Assembly: GCF_024521635.1 (NCBI RefSeq)
Contig: NW_026250431.1
Location: forward strand, 496,001-526,673
DNA: 30,673 nt
Reading direction: 5' to 3'
Origin: Tricharina praecox
Taxonomy: Eukaryota
A program made the position numbers and the translations under genes. The notes beneath the pieces were generated by a model. The model was not told the DNA's origin. It ran no database searches and worked only from the letters and a program-made list of their open reading frames with translations. Of this stretch, positions 1 to 10,380 are shown one piece after another (the first letter of the stretch is position 1; each line of letters begins with the position of its first letter).

Positions 1-312
1 GGATCCATCATTCATCACCCATGCCCGAATTCTCATGAACGTACCGTGACTTAGCTTTTCCAGTCTCAGTGCATCATCCCACACGGACCAGGTGCCGTCG
101 AGCCCATAGAATCCAGGGAAGGTGGACAGCTTGTGGGTATGAAGGAGGCGCGGAACAAGGATGCGCTAGTTCAGTTTCCACACCTCGTGCAGATGTCGGC
201 ACGATAGCGCAAGCTCACCAGCACTATGTATGCCAAGGCACCGGAAAAACTGCAGATGCAGCTCCACCGGCATCGACATGAAACACGCTGGCATCGCTGA
301 GGTAGTTACCAT
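1..312 (-). pseudogene. F-box domain protein with one in-frame TAG; runs off the left edge
   Basis: Frame reads MVTTSAMPACFMSMPVELHLQFFRCLGIHSAGELALSCRHLHEVWKLN*RILVPRLLHTHKLSTFPGFYGLDGTWSVWDDALRLEKL. It has an F-box signature (MPxEL..F..L...L.LSCR.L..VW). TAG is at 166-168 and the frame stays open to base 1. Confidence 0.7.
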
Positions 313-1340
313 CCACGGGGCTGGAGTCGTAGGGGTTGCAGGTGAGGTGGATGGGTTGCGGACTCGGAAACGGTGGTGATAGGTGGTGGGAATAAAGCGG
401 TGGGCGAGACGGGTGATGAGTGGGTACAAAGCGGCGGACGAGCAGCCCTTAAATACCGCAGAACGATACTCCACATCGTCATCTCTTCCGTGCTTCGAAA
501 CTCCCCATCCTCGCGCACGTCGGCGGCCTCGGGGACGTCGTCTTCGCGGCGGACTCTGCTGCGGTGCCTGCGGTGCCTGCGGTGAACAACGGAGATACTT
601 CAGCCGATCAGCTCAGCTCAGCTCGACAACGGGAAGCTTATTGTTTCGCATTGCAATGCAATAGGTTGCTGATTCCAGCCAGAATGACGTCGAGCTCAGA
701 CGTTTCGGGGGGGATGAACTATGTTCGTGTCGAGCGGATCCGTCATCCTGCAGAGTTCGTTGCTGTACTGGAGCGCAACTCGCAGTCAACTTCCATCCGT
801 TTCATTACACCGCTCTACATCAATACTCGATGGACGGACAGACGGACGCGCCCCGGAACTTTACTTTTCACCCTTCATTCTGAGACACTGTTCTCTCCGG
901 CTGGTGGGATTGGCAGGCAGTGGATTCACCGGTAAAAGATACTTTTATAGTAAATCGTGGGCGGCATACGGTCACCAATCGCTTGCACCTTGAGTTTGGT
1001 CTGATGCGTGCTCTGGGTTATTTTTGCTTTCTGAAGTCGACATGTTTCTCTCGTGCCGGTAGATGGCCAGGTCGTGCATTAGCCGGCAACAGTTACCGTT
1101 ATATAGAAGACAGTGAGCAGGAAACGGTCATCAGTCGGTTGCATCTTTGTCTTTGCGTCTGGTACTTTCTCTGGGTTATTATTGCCTGCTGAAGTCTAAA
1201 TGCTTTCGTCTACTTGAAACATTTTCTACATGTCCTCCGATCATCTACTGCAGCAGCATACTTTCGGGCTGTGGAGAAAATTTACAGCAATGGTCATAAT
1301 AGTTTTGGTTTATATCGTATTTGATTGACTACCATAGTCA

Positions 1341-1439
1341 TTACATCCACTCCCAGGTGATCCCCACTCAACCTCCCTGTGCACACATTACATCCACACC
1401 AGGGTGATTCCCTCTCAAACTTTCAACTTCCCTGCGCAC
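1341..1439 (+). repeat. Two-copy ~47-bp tandem duplication
   Basis: TTACATCCAC..CCAGG(G)TGAT.CCC.CTCAA..TCCCTG.GCACA occurs twice in tandem. Confidence 0.7.
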
Positions 1440-1524
1440 AAGACGCATAAAACGTCTAAGATAGGTATCATGATAAGAAAACACGCCTCCTCCCCTCCTC
1501 CTTTCATTCTCTCTCTCGTTTTCT

Positions 1525-1805
1525 TGCAAACACCACATCGTTATCCTCCGCTTCTGCTGTCAAACCCCCATTCTTTCCCTTCTTCTTCTCTTTGTGTCAA
1601 ACACCCATCGATATCCTCCGCTTCTTCTATCAACCCCCCCTCTCTCCCTTCTTCTTCTTTTTGTGTGTCAAACACCCCATTGATATCCTCCGCTTCTTCT
1701 CACAAACGTCCCTCATTCTCTTTCCCTTCTTCTCCTTCGTCTCTCAAACCCCCACCCCCCCCCCCCAATCTTTCCATTCTTCTTCTTATTGTCACAAACC
1801 TCCCT
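1525..1805 (+). repeat. Degenerate ~70-bp CT-rich tandem repeat (about 3-4 units)
   Basis: TGTCAAACACCCATCGATATCCTCCGCTTCTTCT-like units recur near 1526, 1595 and 1666. Confidence 0.75.
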
Positions 1806-1810
1806 CGCTG

Positions 1811-2060
1811 CTCCCCCTTCTCCCCCTTCTCCCCCTTCTCCCCCTTCTCCCCCTTCTCCCCCTTCTCCCCCTTCTCCCCCTTCTCCCCCTTCTCCCCCTT
1901 CTCCCCCTTCTCCCCCTTCTCCCCCTTCTCCCCCTTCTCCCCCTTCTCCCCCTTCTCCCCCTTCTCCCCCTTCTCCCCCTTCTCCCCCTTCTCCCCCTTC
2001 TCCCCCTTCTCCCCCTTCTCCCCCTTCTCCCCCTTCTCCCCCTTCTCCCCCTTCTCCCCC
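1811..2060 (+). repeat. Perfect 9-bp minisatellite (CTCCCCCTT)n, about 28 copies
   Basis: Directly visible; accounts for the FSP, LLP, PPS, GGE and GRR low-complexity ORFs. Confidence 0.98.
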
Positions 2061-2085
2061 TATTCTTGCTCTCCATAGCACCGCA

Positions 2086-2770
2086 TCAGTGACTATCGCC
2101 TCCCGGATCGAGAGAGATGACTTTTAGGAGGTCTCCTTCGGACCCCCCATAGCTGTTGGTGGGTTTGGCATTGGCTACCACACCCATTTTGGTAATGGAC
2201 AGGAAATTTTCCAGTCTGTTGAAGGGTGAGAGTATGCACGGGTGGTGCGGTTTCGTTGGTGTCGAGGCGGAGATGGCTTGAGTTTGTCGTATCTCTGTGG
2301 GAATGAAAGGTACAAAGTAAGCTGCTACAGGCATTGCGGGAGTAGGGATCAGAAGTATATACTTACTACGAACAAGCAGAGCAATCAAAGATTCAATGGC
2401 GGGATCGTGCTTCTCCTCTCTTCTGTTTTGGGGACCAGTTCTGGCGGCACCCCTGGTGGCTCTCGAAAAGTGAACTGCGGCAGTGAAAGATGGGAGGCTG
2501 TCGGCCACCTCTCTTCCACGGACGAGGAATGCGTCGTCCAGCTGTTGGAGCTTTGCCGTGTCATACTTGCGTCTCGCCTTTACCAAGATGTATCCAGAGT
2601 GCACAGACTTGTCAATCACTTCATGCAGCGAGCGGCGTCGGTATCCGCGGCGGTGGCCCAGTCGACCCGCCGCAGAGTGTCGGAGAGTAGTGTTGCTCCG
2701 GGTCCCAACGAAGGAAAAAGAATAAGGATTGCCGATGTCGGCTGGAGTGGAGTATGTGAGGTATGTAAGG
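2086..2770 (-). pseudogene. Hypothetical gene or pseudogene downstream of a TATA box and CT-rich leader
   Basis: Open frame ...TYSTPADIGNPY...SLHEVIDKSVHSGYILVKARRKYDTAKLQQLDDAFL.... TATAAATAAA lies near 3005-3014 (-). The start ATG seen in the paralogous copy at 6378 is ATA here. A possible GTAAGT intron donor lies near 2367. Confidence 0.35.
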
Positions 2771-3034
2771 AAGAGGTACTGGAGAGGATGGGTAGAAAGG
2801 TAGGAATTGAGAAGATGCAACTCCCAGGGGAAAGAAAAAGTGAAGAAGATCAGAAGAGAGATGAGATAGAAAAAGGATGAGAGGATGAGGGATGAAGAGG
2901 ATGAAGAGGATAAGGGATGAAGAGGATAAGGGATGAAGAGGATAAGGGATGAAGAGAATGAAGAGGATGAAAACACGACAGGAGGGAAGAGGAGGGAAGA
3001 GGGGTTTATTTATACAAGCTGTCGGCCAATTCTC
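2664..3034 (-). repeat. Left arm of a ~365-bp inverted repeat (partner 6118-6480)
   Basis: Reverse complement aligns from GAGAATTGGCCGACA through the TATA box, a (TCATCCTCT)n tract and ACATACTCCACTCCAGCCGACATCGG to TCTGCG.CGGGTC. Confidence 0.92.
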
Positions 3035-3146
3035 AACCACCTCGCTGTTTGTGCATTATATGACATCGGCCTTAATCCTTGGCATATCCAAAGAACCAGG
3101 AAACATTTTGTGGGTCACAACATGGAAGCAGTGACATAGATGGCGG

Positions 3147-4110
3147 CTTTTTATTGTTTGATTAGCATTGCATTCAACCTTAGATCATGGCAGTTACCAT
3201 GTTGCATAACCATTTCCACCTCTCTGTCCCTGGCCGCTGGCGATAAGCTCGATGAGGGTTCCCTGTTGCTCTTCGCCCAGCCCGCTTTTATTTTACGCAT
3301 GAAGAAGTCTGCATATTTTGAAGAGATAAAATCAAGGAAATCACTACGTCAGGGCCGCTCCAACCTCCACCATGTCGACCATCATCGTTGACCAGCTGAG
3401 TCCTGCCCACCCCTAGTCGATACCACTAGCTCGTCCAGCTGTTTGTTTTGCTGCCTCCCGCAAGTTCCACCGTTCCTAGTTGCACCTGTCGCTTCTACAG
3501 TACCCTGGTTCCCACCTGGTCCCAGTCTACCGGTGGTCTCGATGTTGGTTGGCTAACTGTTCATGCCGGGATCGGTGGTGGGAGGAAAAGTGGGATCTCT
3601 TCTTCCTTGATATACTTCTCGGGTTTGTTGATACCTAATACCTTTGGTCGATGCCTCTTTCTTCGCGTCATTACTCTGCGCGCGATGTAGCCTCCGATCT
3701 GGACCCTGCTCGTCCTAGCCAGTCGTTGGGTCACCGGGTCCCGTTCCAGGGCCGCCACCTCCAGGATCGGGGGCTCCATGCTGTCTCTGTGCGCAAAAGA
3801 TGGACTCGTCGTCCTGCGTTCGATGTAGAGAGGAAGCGGGTGATAGCCTCGCTGGAGTCCTGGCTGGCCAAGAGGTTCCTGATCTTGAACGTGTCCTTGC
3901 CCCTTCCGGCCTCCTTCGTACATACCGCCGCCTCAAGGCCCCCCTGCTGCGACCTCCACTGTGTGAAACTCTTGAACAGGTCTTCCTAGGCTTGCCTCGC
4001 TCGGTCTGCCCGGATAAGATCGAGCCATGTCGTGACACTCGTTCCATGTCGATGGTATCATACGATGGTATATTGAGTGCACCCCCGTGGAGTTCGTGAA
4101 GAGAGTGTTT
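3147..4110 (-). mobile_element. Degenerate 3' portion of a Tad1-like non-LTR retrotransposon (ORF2 C-terminus plus 3' tail)
   Basis: A minus frame near 3997-3800 reads RQA*EDLFKSFTQWRSQQGGLEAAVCTKEAGRGKDTFKIRNLLASQDSSEAITRFLSTSNAGRR. This resembles the QTREHLF..C..W...Q..LW / I..LL.......FL..T..GR end of fungal LINE ORF2. A decayed GCCATGATCTA...ATGC..ATCAAACAATAAAAA tail lies at 3147-3200. Confidence 0.65.
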
Positions 4111-5764
4111 TCCCAACCGAAGCACAACGGTCCTGGTTCTATTGTCACAAATGTACGAACTCAGGTAGCGCAAGGAAGCTTACGATGTTGTTCATCCACA
4201 CTTTAAGAACATGACATCCACGAATCACCTCTACTAAACGGCGATGCTTGGCGAGTGTGGAGCCCAACTCTAACCTCTAAAGCCTGCTGGACTGATGAAA
4301 CTACGCGGAAGCATGAGAGTTGGGTGGTTGGTAATTGCGTTCTATTTACCAAGTGTAGCGGATGTTGTGGCTATCTAGAGGATATACCGAAGAAAGAAGG
4401 GTGATTTCAGAAGGTATGTTCCCAAGGTGGGAGCCTTCGCCAACCCATCACTCGATCTCGATCAACTCGCTCCCTGCCCCAGCGCCAAAGAGACTCGAAT
4501 GGGCGCGCAATGGCAGTTCTAGCAGAAAACATAGGGCTCAAATAGACCCGGTGCCGCGATCTCATAAAGCGGCTCGGTTGGGTGCGTCATAGCGATCCTG
4601 GCAGGCGGAGTGTGGTGCAGATCGTACAGTGCGGATGGTTTCAACGTCTCAGCTCTGGCAGGCGTTCCGATGTGATTTACCCTACCCTCCACCCTCCGTG
4701 CTGGCCTCTACCGAAGGTTCATGTGGAGCACACGAAAGGCTATCATGACGCTGCCTGGGTGCGATCAGTGCCGCGAGCACATTATGTACGGGTGGTGGGC
4801 TAGTGATTCCAAGCCATGTCGGTTGGTACATAGGCTGCAGGACGCAAGAGTCAATCAAAACGAGCCCGACACCACCAACCGTTGTTGCAGAGCGATGGGA
4901 GAGCTGTGGGCGGAAGGAAGCGAATGGTACTAGGCAGCACCGCCGTTGGGCGGTCCGGCCTGGTATGTAGTGAGGGAGGCAGGGGAAAATGATGGCTTGA
5001 CGTGTCCGGAGAGCGCCGGTTGACTGGGACACGCATGGAAAATGATGTGACCTGAGTGGGTCCAGCTTTTGGGGGGCCTGAGGGCCGGATCGATCTGGGC
5101 AGGAAACTATGGAACTCGGGTGTGACTGATTGTTTTTAGGCCGGACTTTGGCCGGACCTATTGAGACCAGCTGTTACGGAGGTGGTTGTTGTTTTTGTTT
5201 TTGTTTTTGTTGTCGTCGTCGAGCCGATCCGATGCGGTGCTCCAACCGTCATATTTTCCCCGCTGCGAGCTATATAAAGGGGCTCGCCTGTCTTCCTTTC
5301 TTCTGTTTTCTGTATCGCTACTTTAAGTTTTTCTGGAATTGATTGATCACGATTTTGAATCGTCACCCGTTCCCGAGTCTCTCAGTAGTATGCTCTCTTG
5401 GCCGTCTACTTCTGCTTCTTCTTCTTATTCTTTTTATCATCATCATCATCCAAATAGACTACCAACAGTCACATCTTCTCTTTCCTCCATGTGTACTATC
5501 CCCTTGATCCCATCTCTGGCCTATTGGGTGCTGGCTAACGAACTACTCGCAAAAGATGTTCACAGAGACTGCTCCTGGTCCATACTGTCTCGTGTCCTGT
5601 CGTCCCTGAGAACTCAGCCGCCGTTCGTACCATCACCTTCACGAACTCCGGCGCGAACAACATTCACCAGAACACCGTTGTATTAGCATACAGCTTCAGG
5701 TGAGCTTATATCGTGTTCTCTTCGTTCTCACGAATACGGTTCGGAAACTCACAACAGCTCATTA

Positions 5765-6100
5765 AAGTGCCCAACGACAGCCAGTCCAACGCTGGCCACG
5801 GAAGCACGTATTCAAGTGCCCGACGACAGCCAGCCCCTCCTGCTCTGCTAGCGACGATTGAATTCAGCTGCCCGACGAAAACCAGTCCCACGCGGGCCAC
5901 GCAAGCACGTAGTCTCCTCGACAGCGGAGTGTACTTCTCCGATTGGATTCATCATTCAAGTTCCCGACGACAGCCAGTCCGACGCTGGCCACGGAAGTTG
6001 GTCGTCTCCTCCACCGCGGGGTGTAACTATTTCACCTACTCTACCCGCGACGATTGAATTCAGCTGCCCGACGACAGCCAGTCCCACGCTGGCCACGAAA
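5765..6100 (+). repeat. Five related ~38-bp motifs in a higher-order ~195-bp duplication
   Basis: (TC)AAGTGCCCGACGACAGCCAGTCC.ACGCTGGCCACG-like motif near 5765, 5812, 5862, 5956 and 6059. GCGACGATTGAATTCAGCTGCCCGACGA occurs twice. Confidence 0.85.
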
Positions 6101-6117
6101 TGACGCGGTCTCCGCCA

Positions 6118-6480
6118 GAGAATTGGCCGACACCTTATATAATAAACCCTCCTCCCTCCTCTTCCCTCATCTCATCCTCTTCATCCTCTTCATCCTCTTC
6201 ATCCCTCATCCTCTTCATTCTCTTCATTTCTTATCCTCTTCATCCTCTTCATCCCTCATCCTCTCATCCTTTTTTATCTCATCTTCCTTCAAATCTTCTA
6301 ATCCTTTTCTTTTCCCCGGTCCTGTCATCTCCTCTTCCTACCTATCTACCCATCCGTTCCAGCACCTCTTCCTTGCCATGCCTACCACATACTCCACTCC
6401 AGCCGACATCGGTAATCCTTATTTTTTTTCCTTCGTTGGGGCCCGGAGCAACACTACTCTCCGATACTCTGCGCCGGGTC
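6118..6480 (+). repeat. Right arm of the inverted repeat; promoter, leader and truncated N-terminus (MPTTYSTPADIGNPY...)
   Basis: Aligns to the reverse complement of 2664-3034. TATATAATAAA near 6136, ATG at 6378, stop at 6507-6509. Confidence 0.9.
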
Positions 6481-6872
6481 CTTGGCAGCTTGGCACGCGG
6501 GGGATATAGCTCGGCCTGTGCCCAGCCTTTCAACAGACACACATCGTTGCGTGCAGTGTCACGGGCCGCGGTGGTGAATCAGGAATGACAGAAGTGGGGA
6601 GGAAAGCTCCGGCGGACTTTGAGGAGGAGGAGGAGGAGGAGGAGGAGAGGAGGAGGGAAAGGAAACATCAGGGGCAGCTCGACAGTGCCAACATGATCCG
6701 GAGGAAGAGGAGGGAAGCGAAGCATCACGGCCAGCTCGACAGTGCGAATGTGCTGCTGTATTTATAGCCGATCCAGGGAGGTGAGGAGCGATGATAGGCG
6801 ATTGGCTGTTCGTGGTGCGAAACATACTGGTCCGATTTCCTATGTAAGTCTTTTTTGGTAGGCAGAGTAGGG

Positions 6873-6943
6873 CTTTATTTGTTCTTTTTTTTGTGTTCAT
6901 TCATTGAATGCATGCTACCTACCTATCTAAATCATGGTAATAT
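6873..6943 (-). mobile_element. 5'-truncated LINE/SINE 3' tail with target-site duplication
   Basis: Minus strand ATATTACCATGATTTAGATAGG...GCATGCATTCAATGAATGAACACAAAAAAAAGAACAAATAAA. Flanked by GGCAGAGTAGGG (6861-6872) and GGCGGAGTAGGG (6950-6961). Confidence 0.7.
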
Positions 6944-9575
6944 GGTAGTGGCGGAGTAGGGGTCGGATGTGCCCGAAAAAGTTCTAGCTAGAACACCGAG
7001 TGATAGCTGTATATGTCACTCTCAATGTATAGTAACCCCAATGACCTATATGAGCGATCAACTCTTGAGGTTCCATAAAATTGATCAAGATACACCTACC
7101 TATACCCAAAAACATCAATCCTTCTAAAATTTGAGGAACTAGTGGAACACCTCCACATCATAGGCGATCACCCGTCTTTTATCAACCGAAATTATTCTCC
7201 ACTGAGGCCACACGGTAAACCCACTAATGTATCGCTTGGAGCATTCCTATTCGCCTTAGGAAAGGCATCCTTGGAAAGACACTCGGCTAAGCGTGAAGCA
7301 GATGGGTGATGATATCCTGCCGCTCACATTGCGATCGGACTCCAGGTGCCGGACAGGGCGTCCCCGGCTCGCCCTGTGCTAAACGAAACGCGGCGTCACA
7401 CTACGGGTAGCAAGCTTCCAGTTCGCGAAGCTATGTATACCATATCTATCATACTAGGAACGGCGATGATCGGGTGATGAGTGAAACCCTCCATATCTCA
7501 AGAGACGGTAGCTAAAGATCGGTGTGCTTAGCAATACCAGGTAAACACTGGGTTGGCCTGGACGTTGCGTAAATACTACATTCAAAAGATTGGTGAAGAT
7601 CAAAGGACTGATTGACAGAAATATAATCTGCGAAATATGTAGTGGAAGCGATATATGAGATAATATTTTTCGCATAGCTCACTGCTCATCCATTCCTCCA
7701 CCCACTGCTTAACTCTGGCTGCTCTGAACTAGGTGTTTTGACGGAAGTAATGCCTCGACATTATAAACATAACCATCTACAGTTCCTTCGCCCCGAGACT
7801 CCCTCTCCCCGACGAACATCCGGACTCGATAAAGATACCACCCAGCCACTCCGATGTCAATTCGCCCCCGCAAACCTGGCCTACCGTCCACACCCATTCC
7901 ACCATCCACACCACCGTATCCCTCCGTCGGCCCCTCTCCTATTCGCACTCGTATTGCCAGAGTCCCGACTCGTACTTTCAGGCTCGCCTCGACTCTTGAG
8001 CCTCGACATCGTACCGCAAAAGAAAGGGGAGTTACTAGCTCCAGATTCCCCCATGGATCCTCTCTTACATTGTCTTAATCCTTCCAGTAAATCCACCACG
8101 TCCATATGGCTGGCCTGCACCCTTGTCTCCCATCTCCACACCGGTCCAATTCACGTTTCACCTTCTCTTCCAACCCGCAGATCGAAGTAACTACGCGGAA
8201 GGAGCATCGAATCGTGCTGAAATCCGACGGGTGTTCAACGACGAACGTAGGGTCGGATCGGCACGATCGTAGAGGTACGGCGGAGTGTCACGCGGGGTAC
8301 GATGACGGGGTACGATTTAGGGGCACCACTTCGGGGTGCAGCGGAGGGTACCACTTCAGGGTACCACGGTAAGGACCGATAGCGGGGGTACGTTAGCAGG
8401 GTAGAGTACAATCGTGGGGTAGGAACTGGCAGGGTACGATAGCCAAGTATGAAAGCAGTATACAAGCCGTTAAAATTCCGCACAACGCCCGCGGTGCACC
8501 GACGACCGGATAGACGCGAACTGCCATCCATCAACCCCACACACGGAGATACCGACAGACAGACGAGGTCAGCGGTGGCCACAATAGCAGCTTTAGCGAG
8601 AAAATTACCGGAAATTTGCATCTGCAAATGGCAGCAGAGCTGCCGCGAGAAGAGACTCTAACTTCTAGGTCCCATCCGGGGGCCTCTCTTGTGCCAGGGT
8701 TTCCTGCCATTTCGAATGTATTACCTGACAGTAGCAAAGCTGCCATGGCAGGTGAAGAATCTGCCCAATTGGAGAGAATAGGGGCAAGGTGAAGAGGGAA
8801 ATGGTAGGAGGCGGAGGATGAGCGACAAGGCGGAGAAAGAATCCACGCTGATAATCTAGCCATGATTGAAATTCTGGCCACCAGATTTCTTCGGTCTGTC
8901 TGTTTATGGCTAGATGGGTAGTATTTCGCGCTTGCTCGGTCCAAGTTGCACGGTTGCACCGCGTAGCTTGTCGAGGGACAGGAAGCAGAGGAAATTAGGA
9001 ATAGGGAGACGAGGATGAAGAAGACGGGCATGCAGGATTTTGTTGACAACAGGCCTCATACCATCTCCAGCTCGCTAACATGGTATCTACCTAATGTTGG
9101 TTGCTCAAGTAGTTAAAGTTCAAGCCACTCAAAATGAAAGTGGGCGTGGGCAAAGTGAGGACCGCCGCTCTACCAGCATCATTCCGCTGATCACAGCTCC
9201 AGCAGTCCGTGCCCTCATACCCATACCCGTTTTGTGCACCAGTCAGGTTTCCTCCGGCCTGCTATTTTCAGTGATCCACTACCCCGCTCTGTTACGGTGA
9301 GTTTCATGATCTCCGGTCTCCCTATAACCGGCAAAACCACCTCACCACCGAGCACCTTTCGAGGAATCCCGGCAACACCACAGAATCACCGTGCGGCCTT
9401 GGTAAAAAGCTCCCGATGCCTGCGGTAGCCACAAGTTTGACAAACCAAGCTGAGCGCCTGCGTTTATGGCGGTCCACGCAGTGCATGCGGCTTGCATGTT
9501 GGTTTTCATCATGCTCGCATTGAATCTACCTAGACTGCTGGCGTTTTGATCATGTGATGGTTTTCGTATGGGAGT

Positions 9576-9655
9576 TTTGTTTTTTTCATGTTCGTTCTTT
9601 TTTTGTTCATTCATAGATTCCATGCGGCGTATGTATCTAGATCATGGTAATATCA
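9576..9655 (-). mobile_element. 5'-truncated LINE/SINE 3' tail
   Basis: Same ATATTACCATGATCTAGATA...GCATG..TCTATGAATGAACAAAAAAA tail. Flanking near-duplicates TGGTTTTCGTATGGGAGT (9558-9575) and TGGTCTTCGTATCGAGT (9687-9703). Confidence 0.65.
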
Positions 9656-9879
9656 TCTACCCGTGCTCGCATGAAATCTAGATAATTGGTCTTCGTATCG
9701 AGTGATAGACTGTGTGCAGGCTTATGTGGATTCGTTCGGTGGTTGGTTGGATGCTTAGGTGATGGTGGGATTGTTTTTTCTTTCTTTTTTTGCACCACCA
9801 TGCGCACATTAAATCCGGCATTATCAGGATGAGAATAATTTAAGCAGCAGTAATCAAGTGGGTTGATGTTCAGTTTTCC

Positions 9880-10380
9880 TTCACCGCTGTGCTTGATGTC
9901 CGTTAAGTTGCCCCCATTGCCATGCTCGGTGGTCTGTTGGTGTTATGTTTTCTTTACATTCACTACCGTGCCGGCCGGTTGATGTTCTTTCACCGCCGTA
10001 CTCGTCGGTTGGGGTTTTCGTTGCTTTACTTTCACTGCCATACCGGTCAGTTAATGTTCTTCCATCGCCATGCGCGGTGGCCTATGGCTTTTTCCTTTCT
10101 TCTTCTTCTACTGCCGTCCCAGTCGTTCTTTGACCGCCATGTTCGGTGGGATGTGGCTTTTTTAGTTTCCCTTTTCGCTGACTACCGTGCCGGCCGGTTG
10201 ATCTTCACCTCCATGTTCGGTGATTTTCTTTCGCAGCCGTGCTCGGCGGTCTTTTTTTCCTTTTCTTTCACCGCCCTGCTCGGTGGCCGGTTGGGTTTTT
10301 CTTTTCTTTTTTTGCTTCATCAATGAACACGCTCGGTGGTGGTTTGGTTTTCCGTTTCTCTCTCGGCCATACTCGGTGAG
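9880..10380 (+). repeat. Degenerate minisatellite with a CACYGCCRTGCTCGGTGG core and T-rich linkers (about 13 cores)
   Basis: The core recurs every ~27-55 bp and alternates two subtypes (..CTACCGTGCCGGCCGGTTGAT.. and ..CACCGCCATGCTCGGTGG..). Confidence 0.85.

Noticed and set aside
1404..2127. Long ORFs with FSP, LLP, PPS, GGE and GRR repeats
   Set aside because: They are artefacts of the stop-free 9-bp minisatellite, which is open in multiple frames on both strands.
7854..9049. ORFs at 7854-8078, 8106-8372 (GY..G repeats) and 8531-9049 (signal-peptide-like start)
   Set aside because: No recognisable domain or consistent exon structure; they could be decayed genes but I cannot support a call.
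9880..10380. CRISPR-like repeat/spacer appearance
   Set aside because: Repeats are degenerate, linkers are related to each other and T-rich, spacing is irregular, there are no cas genes, and the context is eukaryotic.
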